Part shown: one piece after another, positions 63,256-64,000 of the stretch
Position numbering within the stretch: the first letter of the stretch is position 1
Layout of the letters: each line of letters starts with the position of its first letter
The notes under the pieces: model-generated
Databases searched by the model: none
Seen by the model: the letters and a program-made list of their open reading frames with translations, nothing else
Told to the model about the DNA's origin: nothing
Translations under genes and position numbers: made by a program
Origin: Massalongia carnosa
Lineage: Eukaryota
Assembly: GCA_965645245.1 (NCBI GenBank)
Contig: OZ287070.1
Location: forward strand, 1,612,001 to 1,676,000
Direction: 5' to 3'
Length of the DNA stretch: 64,000 nt

Positions 63256-63919
63256 CTAGCCCCCAGCTCGCTCTCCTCCTTGCTGCATCACAGAGATCTG
63301 CTTGCGTAGCTCCAGGAAGAAGTCCTTGCCGCTCCCCATAGCATTTGCTGCACAAGCTTAGCTTGAGCGTTAAAAATTCCTCTTGAAAAGAATGACATAC
63401 CCTTGGACGCCCACGGTCCACCGGATTTCACACTTTTTGATTGAGGTCCTGAGGCTTTATATTTCAGCTGCTTCCCGTTCTCCGCTGTCACGTCGTTGTA
63501 TGCTATAAAGGTATTAAACGCTGATAGCAAAATTTTCTATAGCTTACATACAGTTTCTGAGGGCTTCTCGCACCTCCATGGCGTTGAAGCCCCTCACAGT
63601 TATGTGTTGCTCCTGAGGTAAGCCATGGGAAGCCCAATCCCTGCACTTTATTGTTACTATTTAGCCTGTCGTTGTTCGAAATTAGGTACGAACCCTTGTC
63701 CACCAGCATTTTGCTTGCCCGGGGGGGTACCACTTTCACGAGAGGAGTTCTGTCGCTGTTGTTGATTGTTGTGACGATTTTGCTGTGGTGGTAGAGGATT
63801 CTGTTGTCCCCGGGGAGTGCGCCAGCTATGTATGAATTAGCCACAGTAACAGTTTATGTGTATGAATTGAGATTCATGAGTTTAAATGTCACCTACCGCT
63901 CTTCACCAGTGCTGCTCAT
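63256..63919 (-). CDS. Small conserved-looking fungal hypothetical protein; 5 exons (not recovered by the ORF track)
   Basis: Spliced reading MSSTGEER|WRTPRGQQ...NAGGQG|DWASHGLPQEQHITVRGFNAMEVREALRN|..YNDV...YKASG...GGPWASK|ANAMGSGKDFFLELRKQISVMQQGGERAGG*. Donors are GTAGGT, GTTCGT, GTATGT and GTATGT, and they keep the frame. Confidence 0.75.
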
Positions 63920-64000
63920 TGTGGACTCTCGGAGATCCTTTTGTTGGAGTTGGGAATCTGAGAGTTATAATTTCTACAGCTTACCTAACGCAGATCCCAA

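Overview
Intron-rich genomic DNA from a filamentous ascomycete (Pezizomycotina; GT-AG introns of about 45-200 nt with CTRAY-type branch sites). The first ~7 kb is a decayed island holding two clearly broken genes and one probably broken gene. About 19 apparently intact genes follow: a GH128-like glucanase, SUT1-type sugar symporter, DUF3602 protein, mitochondrial phosphate carrier, EMC6, UTP12/DIP2, ARPC2, an Scm3-Myb-GATA-finger protein, cysteine synthase-like protein, GprM-like GPCR, RAX2, OGG1, U2AF65, AGC1, QRI7, a Myb protein and small conserved hypothetical genes. A complete pogo/Fot1-type DNA transposon lies at 36241-38176, with ~100-bp TIRs, a TA target duplication and one nonsense codon. 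I saw no rRNA, tRNA, CRISPR array or biosynthetic cluster, and no clear new multi-gene system. The best leads are single-locus ones: a tiny protein with PP1/MAPK-type docking motifs, the Scm3-Myb-GATA architecture with tandem MCB boxes, an in-frame GC-AG intron in U2AF65, and the structure of the transposon ends. Family calls come from motif recognition by eye, not database searches, and exon boundaries were inferred manually.
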